The notes under the pieces: model-generated
Told to the model about the DNA's origin: nothing
What the model saw: only the letters and a program-made list of their open reading frames with translations
The model's database searches: none
Shown here: one piece after another, positions 1-14,590 of the stretch
Layout of the letters: each line of letters begins with the position of its first letter
How positions within the stretch are numbered: position 1 is the first letter of the stretch
Made by a program: the position numbers and the translations under genes
From: the human T2T-CHM13v2.0 reference genome, Homo sapiens
Strand: one strand, 5' to 3'
DNA: 64,000 nucleotides
Assembly: GCF_009914755.1 (NCBI RefSeq)
Contig: NC_060939.1

Positions 1-59
1 TCACAAAGTCTCATAATGTCACTGTAGCATACCTCAGAGCTCTCTCCTCACCCTTGTCA

Positions 60-370
60 TCCTGATGGGTTTTCTCTTAATCATATTTTTGATGCCTAAG
101 ATATTAAAAAGGCTAGCATATACATTGGTTGACAGATTAAGAATCTGAAAAAGATGGGAATGGATGATAATGGTGGACGAAGTATAACAAGATGAATTTT
201 ATCAGAGATAAATGTTAAGTCTTGTATTTGGGACCAAAAAGCACAAACTGAACAAGTACAACATTGGAGGGACATGACTTAATAGCAGCAGATGCAACAA
301 AATGAAGAACCACGTAAGCATGTGATCATTCTTAACCCCTTAATGCGAGCTAACATAAATAGATTGCTTA
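60..370 (+). mobile_element. L3/CR1 LINE fragment
   Basis: aacaagatgaatttt...gataaatgttaagtcttgtatttgg...aactgaacaagtaca resembles the CR1 ORF2 C-terminal region. Confidence 0.55.
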
Positions 371-448
371 AATATAGTGTTAAAAAAGAGATGGTGAGGA
401 GGACTCTCAAACCCATGTCATGAGACTCAAGTGAAAAAAGCAGGAATG

Positions 449-745
449 GGCCAGCTGCAGTGGCTCACACCAGTATTCCCAGCTCTTTGTTAGGCCAAGG
501 TGGGAAGATTGCCTGAGCCCAGGAGTTCAAGACCAGCCTGGGCAATATAGGGAGACCCTATCTCTACAAAAAACTTAAAAATTAGCTGGGTGTGGTGGCA
601 CATGCCTGTAGTCCTAGCTGTTTCAGCAGGCTAAGAAAGGAGAATTATTTGAGCCCAGGTTCCAGGCTATAGTAAGCTGTGATCGTGCCCCTGCATTCCA
701 GCCTGAGTGACAGAGCATAATCCATCTCTAAAAAGAAAAAAGGAA
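449..745 (+). mobile_element. Alu (AluJ-like)
   Basis: Dimeric Alu consensus with A-tail. Confidence 0.9.
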
Positions 746-888
746 AGGAAGAAGAACAGAATTTCTGCTGCCGTATGTGTTCATGAAAGTATTAAAGCAA
801 AGACTAGTGACCATTTTTCAAAAATATTGATGATTAAAAAGTGTGATACCACACAGCCACTAAAGTGTCTTTCAACTCTAAGATTTTA

Positions 889-1220
<332 letters not shown>

Positions 1221-1424
1221 GGCCGACAATGTGAGGGTGGAGAAAAAAAGAGAAAGTAGGTATGGGCTGAAAGCAGTGGTCTAATTGAATTCAAAACGTA
1301 CTTAATGGGTGCGTTCTAAGTTAAGACATTGCTGAAGTTGTAAATAATTCAGAAGTGATGAAATTTTCAGGTTTGGGTCAGTATCAGCAGGAAAATAACT
1401 TGTTTCCTTGGCCTTATTTTATAG

Positions 1425-1619
<195 letters not shown>

Positions 1620-1641
1620 TAATCTGTACTTCTGGCTATGC

Positions 1642-1955
1642 TTTTTTTTTTTTTTTCTTTCCGTTTCTTTGTTTAAGACAGCGTCTCACTCTGTTACCCA
1701 TGCAGGAATGCAACAGCACAATCTTGGCTTACCGCAGTCTCAACCTCCTGTGCTCAAGCCGTCCTCCCACCTCAGCCTCGCAAGTAGCTGAGACTATAGG
1801 CATGTGCCACTGTGCCTGGCTAGTTTTTTATTTTTTGTAGAGACAGGGTTTTGCCATGTTGTCCAGGCTGCTCTCGAACTCCTGATCTCAAGTGATCTGC
1901 CCACCTCAGCCTCCCAGAGTGCTGGGATTACAGGTGTGAACCACCGTGCCCAGCC
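1642..1955 (-). mobile_element. Alu (AluJ-like)
   Basis: Poly-T then reverse Alu consensus. Confidence 0.9.
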
Positions 1956-2519
1956 CTGTCTGTGCTTTTAATTAGAAGAGAGTTGGATTCGTGGGTATCA
2001 CATTGATGTCAGGGCTTATTTGCACAAGAATAATACATCCATTAAATATTTAATAAATGAAATTATCAAAATTCTTACTTTTATAAATACATTGTAAGTT
2101 TTTAATGAAAGGTTTGGCTATGAATAATTTTGGATGACTGTTCAATTTGTAAGCCATAATTTTAACAAGTTTCAAACAGCCAGTGTAATACTCTTGCTTG
2201 GTCCTCACATGAGCAACTAAGTAGTGAAAAATGAGACTTAACTAGTTTTCCTTCTTGTAATTAGAATTTCATGTTCTAATGTTAATAACTTAATTCTTTA
2301 CTAAAAATGATATAACAAAATTTGCAAGGTGGTTTTATATACATTCTCATCTCATCAGTTCACCAATCCTGCTAGTCAGTTGCTATAAATAGATTTAACA
2401 TAAAAACTGAGGGTCAAAAGGGAGGGCAGGCACATTCATATAATTAGTACTTAGGATAAAATTTTAAGATTTTCTAACTCCAGGTTCATTGTCTTTTGCA
2501 TATTACTTGCTTCTGCACT

Positions 2520-2680
2520 CCACTTTGTTTTTAATTGAGGTTAAATTTACCATATTAAGTTGTACAGTTGAGTAGCATATACTACATTCACTACATTGTG
2601 CCGCTGTCACCCCTATCTAGTTCTGAAACGTTACTGCAAAAGCAAACTTTGTTCATATGAAGCATTCAAACCTCATTATT
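2520..2680 (-). mobile_element. Old L1M 3' fragment
   Basis: tttaattgaggt...gtacagttgagt...acattcac...ttgtgc...ctatctagttc is typical of a reverse L1MA/MB 3' UTR. Confidence 0.5.
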
Positions 2681-3509
2681 TTTTCATTAGCTCCCTTCTT
2701 TTATGTCTTACACATAGCCTAACCAGGCCAGTGCCTTTTGTTTTACTGCTTACAGCAAGCCTTAGGTATTCTCTGATGCTTTATCCAAACTGTGTTTAAA
2801 TGTCAGAATTTCTGGTGATTTCTACCAAATATCTTTTAAACAAGATACTTAAAGCTGCAAAGCATTTTTAAATTAAAAGTGGGCCAGCTTCTAATATATA
2901 GTCCACCAAAAGATTATGTCACATTTTTTTATTGCACAGGCATTTGATGACTGCTTCATATTTATGTATCTACTTTCTATTAACCTGTGTTTTGGTGAAA
3001 TATTCCTGGTCTCTGGGTCTAGGGTCTGCTTGTGGGTATAAAAGGGCGCTATGATAGATCATCATATTCAGCATAGAGAACTCTGATTAGATGTGTCCAC
3101 TTCTCAGTATCATGGATGATTTAGTATGTTTACTATTAAGTCAGCCCAGGTGATTTAGACCAGTATACTTTTTGTTATTAAAGAAAGGATAAATTGTAAA
3201 TGCATTTTTCCATCTCCAGTCTTGTTTCCTACCTAATGAGTTAGTCAGAATAGGAACATTGATTGGAGTCTAGACGTGTCAGTGTTACTCTAGAAAAATA
3301 ACTTGTTAGTATGCTATGTGAGTATATACTGTGACAAAAAGCACTTAGTACAAGCTAATACACTATTAAGTTCAGGGGGAAAATTAGTTATTGAAATAAC
3401 TAGGGAAGAGGGGAGTAAATTTCAGAAAAATCCAGACTTAAAATTCAGGTTTTCTATAAAACTTGTATCTTCTTCATTTTAATTTTGATTATGATGATAG
3501 ACACTATTG

Positions 3510-3660
3510 ATTGTCTCTTCCATGCCAGGGGCATTGCTGTACACACTACATTTTCACAAAACCTCTGTGAGGTTGTAATGTTAACTTCATGTTACAAATG
3601 AGGAGCTAAGACCCAGAGAAGCTAAATAATTTGGCCAAGGCTTGAGTTGGGATATGGTAG
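3510..3660 (-). mobile_element. MIR
   Basis: ttacaaatgaggagctaagacccagagaagctaaataatttggccaagg, the MIR core. Confidence 0.6.
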
Positions 3661-3944
3661 TTCTCTTGGTGCCCAGGGAGGTCCACCGATTTCCTGTGTA
3701 AATGTCATTTAGTGGGTTCTTACTACATTCTTTATGGCTGTTTCTCATTGTTAGCCGCTCTTTCTTAGCATTACAGTTATTGATAAAATCTCAGCGTTTA
3801 AAAGCACTCTTGAGATGATCTGCATCAACCTCAGCATCTTCACAAACTATTTAGGTGCTTTAGGAAATCAGCATGCTGCATAACAGTATCTAATTACCCA
3901 ATTTATAATCATTTTTCCCCACATTTTAATGGAAACCTAATAAT

Positions 3945-4140
3945 AATGGCTAAAATTTGTTCAGTCTCATACTTGTGTTAGGCACTCCCCTAAGCGTCTT
4001 TCACGTATTATCACAATACATGAAATACACAAAAGGATGTGTTACCCCCTTTTTACATGGAGGTAACTGAAGCTCAAAGAGGGTTAAGTAACTAGCTGCT
4101 ATATGATGGAGCTGGAATTAGAATCCAGCCAGCTTACTCT
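3945..4140 (-). mobile_element. MIR
   Basis: tttacatggaggtaactgaagctcaaagagggttaagtaact, the MIR core. Confidence 0.65.
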
Positions 4141-4170
4141 CTTTTTATTCTATTCACTTATATTTATGTA

Positions 4171-4508
<338 letters not shown>

Positions 4509-4984
4509 TGAATCCCAGGCTCTCATGATTTTAAATCAGACATTTTGTATTTGATTGTATAGTGGTGGGTAACCAAATACAAAAGAAAAATTTCTTTTCA
4601 CATGGCAGTGGAAAAACTGGCCTAAACTAATCTTTTACTAATAATGACCTCTAAGTAGAATGATAGGCTCTAAACTGGTAGGGGCAGTTCAGTTGACTGT
4701 TTTCGTACAAGGAGTATGGCTTTTGTTCAAGGGAATGCTGTATTAGTTGTGAGTAGTTGGGGTTTTATAAATACAGAGTGTGCCAGATGTTGTTCATCTT
4801 TGGCACTTCTGTTTTAAGGAAATATAGGCTTGCCTCTTGGGGTCAGAAATGAATACTTCCCCCCTTTGCTGTTGTGTACAGTTTTCTTCATATGCTACAT
4901 ATAAAGTTGCCTTTTTAACTTTGCAGCCTCCTGGGATATTCACTGTAGAGAATTCCCAGTCCAAAGTTAAATGGGTTAAACTGG

Positions 4985-5277
4985 GGCCGGGCATGGTGGC
5001 TCATGCCTATAATCCCAGCATTTTTGGAGGCCAAGGCCGATGATCACTTGAGGCCAGGAGTTCAAAACCAGCCTGGGCAACATAGTGAAACACCTCTCTA
5101 CAAACGAAATTTTTTTAATTAGCTGGGTGCGGTGGCACACACCTGTAGTCTAGCTACTCAGGAGACCAAGGCAGGGGAATTGCTTGAGCCCAGGAATTCA
5201 AGGCTGCAGTGAGCTGTGCTCATACCACTGCACTCCAGCCTGGCCAACAGAGCAAGAACCTGTCTCTGAAAAATAAA
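4985..5277 (+). mobile_element. Alu (AluJ-like)
   Basis: Full Alu with 15-bp TSD aaatgggttaaactg. Confidence 0.95.
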
Positions 5278-5329
5278 TGGGTTAAACTGCATGTTTTATT
5301 GTATAGTGTCATTTATGGACCAGGAAAAT

Positions 5330-5376
5330 ATAATCCCAGCACTTTGGGAGGCCGAGGCCAGAGAATCACTTGAGGC
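5330..5376 (+). mobile_element. Short Alu left-arm fragment
   Basis: taatcccagcactttgggaggccgaggc...cacttgaggcc. Confidence 0.8.
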
Positions 5377-5713
5377 CACCTCTACATCCATGGGTTTCTC
5401 ATCTGTGGATTCAGCCAACCACAGATAGAAAAAAAAAAAAATGTAATGGGTGATTGCATCTGTACTGAACATGCATAGACTTATTTTTTTCTTGTTATTA
5501 TTCCCTGAACAATACAGTATAACTATTTACATAGCATTTTCATAGTATTAGGTATTATACATAATAATGTAGAGATAATTTAAAGTATATAAGAGGATAT
5601 GCATAGGTTATATGCAAATACTACACCATTTTATTTAAAGGACTTGAGCATCTGTGGATTTTTGTATCCTCAGGGATCGTGGAACCAATCCCACTGATAC
5701 TGAGGAATGATTG
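5377..5713 (-). mobile_element. MER2 (TcMar-Tigger non-autonomous DNA transposon)
   Basis: Near full-length match to the recalled MER2 consensus (ggttatatgcaaatactacaccattt...gacttgagcatc...ggaaccaatccc). Confidence 0.85.
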
Positions 5714-6415
5714 TGCTGTGATTGTTTAATTCCCATTTTTACAGCTTTCAAAAGTATTACACTTTACATCAGCTTCCTCATGTGTTCTCTCTTCCTAATA
5801 ATGAGCCCCTCAGAAAATTCTGAATTTGATCCATTTTTTGTGTAAACCTGGAACCCTGTGTTTATCACTTTGTTTTACAGTAAATAAGATGAACAAGTTT
5901 TATATTTTACATATAAGTAAAATTAACTCATCAAGTGAGACTGGTTAACATATGAAATACTCATGTTTTCATTTATATTGATAAATTCTGAGAAAGAAAT
6001 ATACTTTCTCTGTCAAGTTATTTCCTGGAAATATAAACATTCAAGGACAAATTGTACAGTAATTAATGCTGTAGTTGTGGTTATAGCCACATAATGTTAA
6101 AAGTAAATGTGTCAAATACTGAATGATATTGCATTTGTCAATGCCCATATTTAATAGTTTATGTATCATATATTGACATTATAACCTTCATTTTATTTCT
6201 TTATTTCAAATTTTTAAAAAACTGTAGGATAGCAAGCATAGCATTAGCTCTCAGTTTTTAAAATATGCTTTTAAGCCTAATTCTCAGTGTGATGCAATCA
6301 CTAAATATGACTCTGCTAAAGGAGTCATATTATCAACATGACCTATTACACTAAGTGCCCCTCTGCAAATGAAACTGTAAAGTACCTAGTATAGTACCTG
6401 GCACAGAACAGCTTC

Positions 6416-6763
<348 letters not shown>

Positions 6764-7038
6764 TAGTTTGTTGTTTTCTTTCTTGTATTGGTTCATTTGC
6801 TGTCATCTTCCCAAATTTATGGGATATGTATTTTCAGAATGTATCACTTTTTTAGGAGAACCTGTTTTTCACTGGGACTAGTTAAAAGGAATGAAGCCCT
6901 CATTACTGTATTTTGCTGCTTACTCCCAAATATTGGAAAACAAGAAAGACGCTAGGGGAAAAGTTATTCTGTTAATTTGAAGTCTTGATTTTTTTCTGGT
7001 ATATTATGCTGAAGAAATGTATTGTTTTCCATCTGCAG

Positions 7039-7091
7039 ATCCCTTGCAAGCAAAAAAAGTCAGAAAGGTGCCTCCTGGTTTGCCTTCTTCT
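7039..7091 (+). CDS. TCF12: TCF12 exon 8 (DPLQAKKVRKVPPGLPSS; basic NLS half), 53 nt
   Basis: ttttccatctgcag acceptor and TCT|gtaagt donor; KKVRKVPPGLPSS is conserved in E-proteins; phase 1 to 0. Confidence 0.97.
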
Positions 7092-9141
7092 GTAAGTACC
7101 TGTCTTTTTTTAACTTGATGGTAAACAAACTGATTTCAAGTGTTCCGTATTACCTTGCTACAAGGGTACATTCGATTGATGCGAGTGGGCATACTTTACA
7201 TAGTAATTGTTCAGTGCTTAACAAAATCATTGATTGAGGTAAATCCACATTTAATGTTTGGTTTTTAGATTTCTCTGCAATGATTTGTAGCTTACTCATA
7301 TGCTCTTACTCCTTGTCCCTGTCATTTGAATTCCCCTCTTGGGAAGAGGACTAGGCCAGTAGCTGTCAAAGATGATCTCCTATGCAGGTCTTTTGATGTT
7401 TAATTAGTCATTATGTTGCTGAACAGGAGGACAGACAGAGATTAATAGCTGAAAATCTTAGAAATTTACATTTGTAATAATCCCAATGGAGCTAAAGACA
7501 TTAAGATTCGGAGTACATGTTTGGCTCAGCTTGCCTCAGTAGGACTGAGGTTATTAATATGCATAAATCACCAAGTCAGATGTTCATTGTGAAGCCCTTG
7601 TGGGTTTTAAAGCCTTCATTAAGCCTTTCCTAACTTCAGCCTAGCATCAGGAAAGCTTTCAAGCAACTAGTTTGTTGATCCCTCTTTGCTCAAAAATGTA
7701 TCCTTTGAGAATAAAGGGCTTTGATGAAGAAGGTTGGAAAGGTTTGGTGGAACAATCATTAATGGCCATGATAATCTAATACTGTAGGGGCGACTGTGCT
7801 ATTAAATATACTTTATTCTTTAAAGGAGTAAAAGTACTTGTAAAGGAACCTGCATCGTAAATCTACCTACAATTTTTAAATCTCTGGTGCAAAAAACGGA
7901 AGTTTTTTTTTCTTCTCCCTTTGCTTAGAAGAAATGGTGAGTGAGGCTGTTTGATTGAGGCCCCAGTGCCTTGTAGGGTACATCTTTTTGTTGTGTAAAT
8001 GGATGTTGGGCTTTTATTTGGCAGTACTTAACCCATGGGCGCAGGTGCCGCCAGATGAGTCAGCTCATCGAAGTATAGACTGAATGGAATATCCGGCTTG
8101 GCAAGTAGTAATCTAGAAGGAGCAGCATGGGTCTGAGCTTTTTAGTTTTTATTAAGGCTGAAGTAGAGATACAATCTTTTTGGTTGTCTGCCTTCCTTCT
8201 TTTCTGTGTTATTCCCCTGCCTTCTCTACCGTGTGATACATGAAAAGTCGAATTTGAAATCCTCTCTGTAACTCAGTTCCAGATGGATCTGAGTTTTATG
8301 CAGCCTAGGGCAGCTGTGCTCTGAACCTGCAGCCTACCTGGAAGGTTGGCTTGCAGCTGCAGGCATTCTTAAAAGCTTTTGCTTGCATAAGCACTTGGGC
8401 CCACTAGAGACTGCTTGATAAACAAAATGAACACAATGCCTCAAATCGTTATTCCCGAAGACAGGAATTTTTTTTCAGCAGCAGCTAAAAATAGTTGGCA
8501 ATTTACATTTTAACAGTTGTGTGCTATGCAGGGGTAGGTGGTTCAACAGCATAACAGATGATTTCTGTTAAATTAACAGAAATCATATTAAAACTGACAG
8601 TACTGCTAAAACATGTAGCAGTGCAATTTTCTTGTAATTTATTACTGTAATTCAATGAGAGTAATAAAAGTTAAATTACACATTAATATTTAGTAGAACT
8701 ATACAGGTTAAAAAAACAGATTAGTGAATGAAAAATTCATCTCATTTCTTAACCTGACATTAAGAAACAGTGTATGTTCAGTGTTCCATAGTTCTTTGAT
8801 TTTAAAAGCAGTAGGCAAAATGGACAGAACAGTCTGGAAGGAGAGTAGACACTGGAGGTCACCAGCATTTCTTACATTCGTAATCGTAATAACATTCATT
8901 ACTTGGAGGTAGTAGTTCTCTGTATTGTCTCAGGTATCTGGAACAAGTCACTGAATTCTGATGAAACTTGATTTCTTTGAGAACCATTAGGAAATTTTGC
9001 AGGCCAAGCCTACTTATATATTGTATTTTACTAGCTATATTAGTATATATTAAATGTTATTAAGGATGTATAAATAACACATTCATTTTAATTAATTGAA
9101 AGTATGTTTTAGATAAAATGCTGTGTTGAAACCTCAGGGTC

Positions 9142-9447
9142 TTTTTGTTTTATTTTGGTTTTTTTGAGGCAGGATCTCACTCTGTCACACAGGCTGGAGT
9201 GCAGTGACACAGTCACTGCAAACTACAGCCTTAACCTCCTTGGCTCAAGCGACCCTTCCACCTCATCCTCCCAAGTAGCTGGGACTACAGGGACAGGCCA
9301 CCACGGCTGGCTTTTTTTTTTTTTTTTTGTAGAGACGAGGAGGTCTCTCTCCAGGCCAGGATGGTCTTGAACTCCTGGGCTCTGTGCTTCTCCTGCCACA
9401 GCCTCTCAAAGTGCTGGGATTGTAGGTGTGAGCCACCACACCCGGCT
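9142..9447 (-). mobile_element. Alu (AluJ-like)
   Basis: Reverse Alu consensus, diverged. Confidence 0.9.
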
Positions 9448-11648
9448 GAAATCTCAAGTATTTAAAAAAGAAAACAGAAAAACCTTAAAGACAGATATTT
9501 TTCCCACTTCTAGGATTAACTGAAAAGATTTTAAAAGAAAATACTTTAATAAATAATGACAAAATATGTCCTAAGAACACTTAAGGTTATACTGTTTACC
9601 TTCTCAGGATCTAAAATAGAATTTTAAGTTGTGATTTCCTATTTCAGAGCTTTTATTGAAAAATATGCAAACTATAAACTTTTGACATGCAAACTATAAG
9701 AAAAATGGAGTATTAAAAATGAAAATTGACTATGTATATTTTATTTTATGATAATTTGAATATTATACTTTCCAAACCATATTGGAAATTTGGCAGTAGC
9801 ATTCAGGATTTCATCAGTTTCCTACTTGTTCATTCTATCTTTAATCTGTAAAATATATGTGACTTTTTCTAAAGAAACAGTGAAAGGACTAAGTATCGCT
9901 GATACTGATACAAAAAATAATAGGCAGGGTTACTTAGCATGCAAAGCATTGATAATCGGTATAATTTGATCATGTAGCATTGATTAGAGACTTTTTTTGT
10001 AAACTGTTTTATATTTAGGTATCATAAGTGCATAACTCAGCTTCTCTGTTCCTCTCTGCAGAACCACTGAATAGTAACTTTTGTTTGTGGATGAAGGTCT
10101 AACTAGGCTGTATTAAATATCATTAGAGCAGTATAGTCAGTAACATTAAGTGAATGGTTCACCTAAATCTGCCCAGCTCAGTTACTGATTGGCTGTATAG
10201 CCTTAGATTAGTCAGCCCTTAGGATGTTTGGAGTGGGAAATTCGAAGTTCCTTTCAGGTCTAAATTGCTACATACTTACGGTTTTAAAACTGATATGCTC
10301 AATAAATAACCAAAAAAGAATAGTGAGCATAGTTTTCTTCCTCCTGATGAAGAAGTGATGTTTTTAAAGCACATGAGATTCTCCACTTGCTTTTCTAGAC
10401 AGATTTAAAGATTGGGAAAAGTGGACTTTTGTAGCAGCAACAGTAGAATAATGCTTGGACACCGAGAATTCAAACATGTACAAACACCATAATTGTCTTC
10501 TAGGACCTCACTATCTTATATGAGAAACAAGCATTCAGGGAATTAATTATATTGCAGTGAAGCAAGTAAGGGTGTGTACCAGGTGCTCTGGTGACATAGG
10601 GTAGGTAGAACTAACCCTACTATAGTGACTTCAGGAAGAGTTGACATTTAAGTTGTGTCTGGAAAGATGCGTAGCAGCTCATCTGTTAGAGAAGGAGAGA
10701 ATGGACCAGACAGGTAAAAGGCCTGGAGGTGTGAAAAAATAAACACGTGTTGAGGTCACATCTAAAAGTACAGCATTACTAGATTATATACAAGTTGCAA
10801 CCTTTGTAATTTTCCTATAGCAAACCCACTCTTCTACTCCAGAGGTAGATTGAGTGGGGGCACACATAAAATCAGTACAGATATGAGAAGAGATAAGTTG
10901 TCATAGCAGTCTATCCTGGATAAACAACTCAACTGTTCTGGCCAAGAGATAATGGAAGGCATTTATAGTTGTTAAAGTTTTATCTGGGAGTTTCCAAAGG
11001 CATGGGTGGTACTTTGGATTTGCAGGGTGTTTTACTTCCGTTTTAGGGTTCTTAAACCTCCCCTCCCATTCTCTAACTGCCAACTCTTGTCTTTGTTCTT
11101 TGCATGTACATCAGCTGTTTTTCATCTATATGAGATCTTCACTAAGATACAAAGTTCAAGGGAATTTTGAATCTCTGGGTGGGGATTTGGGGCAGGGTTT
11201 TTTCCTGGTAATTTGTCGGGGGAAAAAAAGGAAACATTTGTAATATATTTGTTAGCATCCTTTACAGCCTCAGTGTCACTGTGTTGTTAGTGGTGCAAGA
11301 CTTCATGTGTGAGGAACTTTGTTAACCATTACCCATATCCTAATCTTCAACCTTTTGCCAAACAACTCTATAACTAATATTCCCTACTTACAAATAAGAA
11401 AATTAAGACTCAAAGACATAAATTAACTTGCCAAAAATCACACATAGGGCCAAGATTACAACCTAACTTAATATCAAACACCATTTTCTTTTTGAGTGTT
11501 AAAATCTGATTCTTTAATACCTTGGTTTATTCAGAAAATATCTTGCTTAGTATATTAAATTAAAACTTAAATTTATTCTGTCAATTATGTTTTTATTGAT
11601 CAAATTTATTTTTATTTGGCTTTGTTGTTTAAGGACCTACAGTAGTAG

Positions 11649-12001
<353 letters not shown>

Positions 12002-12019
12002 TGCCCTCAGCTTTTTATT

Positions 12020-12170
12020 TTGTAACCTTGGAGAAGTTGCTGTTGAGTTCTCGGAACCTCCAGTTTCTATTTGTAAAAGGGGATGATAATGCCTATCTCA
12101 GATGTTATTGTGAGAGTATTATGTACCTACTATAAGTGTGGTGTATCCTAGATACTCAGTAAATGTTCCT
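12020..12170 (+). mobile_element. MIR
   Basis: accttggagaagtt...cctccagtttctatttgtaaaaggggatgataatgcctatctcag. Confidence 0.6.
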
Positions 12171-13030
12171 TCATTATTCTAGCTAGTTCATACCACTACA
12201 GCCTGAAATTTAAAGAAGTTTAGCATTTCATTTTTACCAAATTTTGATGAAAAGCAAACAAAAAAAAGTTTGAAGATATATAAAAAAGGATAAGTATTAT
12301 AGTGAAATAAAAAGTTTTCACGTTACCTCCACCTGTGTATATAATGTATGTGCCTGGCACCTAATGACTGCATGGTAAATTGTAGCAGTTCCTTTTGTTG
12401 TTTAGAAAGCATTCACTTGCAGAAAAACAATCTACAAAAGGAAGGAAAACTTGTTGAATCAAATCCGGCTGCCCCTAGAATTCATTCTAATTATTTTTGT
12501 TTTCTGAACTCTCAGGAGTCGACACTTTTTTTTTCCTTTTTTAAATCACTCGTTGAACATCTTTATGGCCCTCTGAAGCATTTCTCAGATGCAGAAAAGT
12601 TTCTTTGCTCTTTATTCTTTATTTCTTAAGTTAGTGTTAATATTTCCAAACATAGATCATTTTCTTTTATGTGCTGCAGTAGATAATAGAAGAAGCAAGA
12701 TATATCAGAACAAGTCTTTCCAAAATGTAAGTAAATACCTGGAGAGATTTGAAATCCCTTCCTAGACCCAAATACCTAAAGTTGTATTCTTGTTCTATGG
12801 CAATTGAAAATACCTTTTTCATATCAAATATTAACTCTGCATCAAAATGACGTGTCTTACAAGTTTTGAATGTAACTTGTTTGCAGTCCCGTACGTAGCC
12901 TGATGACATGATTGTTTCTTAATCAAGTGTCATGTTAAAGAGTGTATGTATATATTCCCACAAAAGCTGTTACTGTAATTTCTTGCTTAAACTCTCAAAG
13001 TGTAATTTACCCCATCAAGAAAAATATTTT

Positions 13031-13270
13031 GTCAGGGCACGGTGGCTGTAGTCCCAAGGCAGGAGGATCACTTGAGCCCAAGAGTTCAAGACCAGCCTGA
13101 GCAACCTAGTGAGACCCTGTCACTGCAAAAAAATTAGCCAGGTGTGATTGGCACCCCCTGTGGTTCTGTCTCCTTCGGAGGCTAAAGTGGGAGGATCACT
13201 TGAGCCCACCATGTTCACTCCATTGCACTCCAGCCTGGGTGACAGAGGAAGAGTCTGCCTGCAAATAAAA
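13031..13270 (+). mobile_element. Alu (degenerate, internally deleted AluJ)
   Basis: Alu consensus with deletions. Confidence 0.85.
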
Positions 13271-13424
13271 ATTTGCTAGCTCTTCTCCACCACTATAAGG
13301 AGCTTTATTGTTTCTGACATGAATCAAAACAGCTTAGACTCTACTTTTTCTTGGTTTGATGCAGACAGTTACAAAGTTCAGTGGCCCTTGAATTAGTCAC
13401 TGACTGTAATTTAGAAAGTGATGA

Positions 13425-13742
13425 GGCCAGGCATAGTGGCTCACGTAATCCCAGCACTTTGGGAGGCCAAGGTGGGAGTATCCCCTGAATCCAGGAGTTT
13501 GAGACCAGCCTAGGCCACATAGTGAGACCTTGTCTGCACACACACACACAAAAAAATATTTTAAAAAACTGTCCAGGTATGGTGGCATGTGCCTGTGGTC
13601 TCACCTACTTGAGATGCTAAGGCAGGAGTATCTCTTGATACTCCTGAAAGAGTTCAAGGCTGCAGTGGGCTGTGATTTCACCACTGCACTCCAGCCTGGG
13701 TGACAGAGCCAAGACTCTGTCTCAAAAAAAAAGAAAAAGAAA
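13425..13742 (+). mobile_element. Alu (AluJ-like, with CA run in the linker)
   Basis: Alu consensus; TSD-like agaaagtg(a/g)tg. Confidence 0.9.
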
Positions 13743-14297
13743 AGAGGTAAGAAAGTGGTGCCTTTCTTTCTCCTAAAGTTTTTATGGAATTTCATTTTGT
13801 TGGGAATGGCTCTTTTTAAAAAAATGTGAATTTTTAGTCATTTGTTATCGTAAATTTGAAATTGTAGGGATACCTTTTGAGACAATTGGAAATATCCTGA
13901 GGTATTCCCAAACCATAAAGACTGCTAGACCATGTCTAATAATCTAGTGTGCTGCTATACATACTAAGTAGAATAAGAATATTCAAAAGAAAAAAATACT
14001 AAATCCTGAGGGTGTCTAAACTGAAGATTTTTTTTTTTAATAGGAAAGAGATGACAAACAGAACTTTCTGGGATGGGTGGAAATGAATAATTTTAAAACT
14101 ATGATTTAAGAGCTTGCTAGCCATCTGAACCAGTAAGAAAAAGGTCAAGAGTTAGAACTATAGAGAAACTGATAGCTCCAATTTATCCATGAAAATAGTA
14201 AGATGAGCAGCAAGAAAAATACTCTGTGAGTAGAGTCGTATGGAAGTCACTAGGAAGCCAAGATAACAGAGTGTGTTTATAGGCAATTATCCGGCCC

Positions 14298-14590
14298 GGC
14301 CAGGCGCAGTGGCTCTCACCTATAATCCCAAAACTTTGGGAGGTGGAGGCGGGCAGATCACTTGAGCCCAGGAGTTCGAGATCTGCCTAGCCAACATAAT
14401 GGAACCCCGCCTCTATAAAGAAATACAAAAATTAGCTGGCATGGTGTTGTGTGCCTATAGTCCCAGCTACTCTGAGAGAGCGTTGCTTGAACCCTAGAGG
14501 TTGAGATTGCAGTGAGCCAGGATCACGCCACTGCACTCCAGCCTGGGTGACAGACTGAGACCCTGTCTTAAAAAAAATAAAAATAAAAAC
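14298..14590 (+). mobile_element. Alu
   Basis: Alu consensus; TSD-like caattatcc. Confidence 0.9.

Noticed and set aside
6304-6331. 10-bp stem hairpin aatatgactc...gagtcatatt; similar stems at 31241-31269 and 33353-33376
   Set aside because: About one to a few such stems are expected by chance in 64 kb of AT-rich DNA; too short for pre-miRNA and no snoRNA or tRNA features
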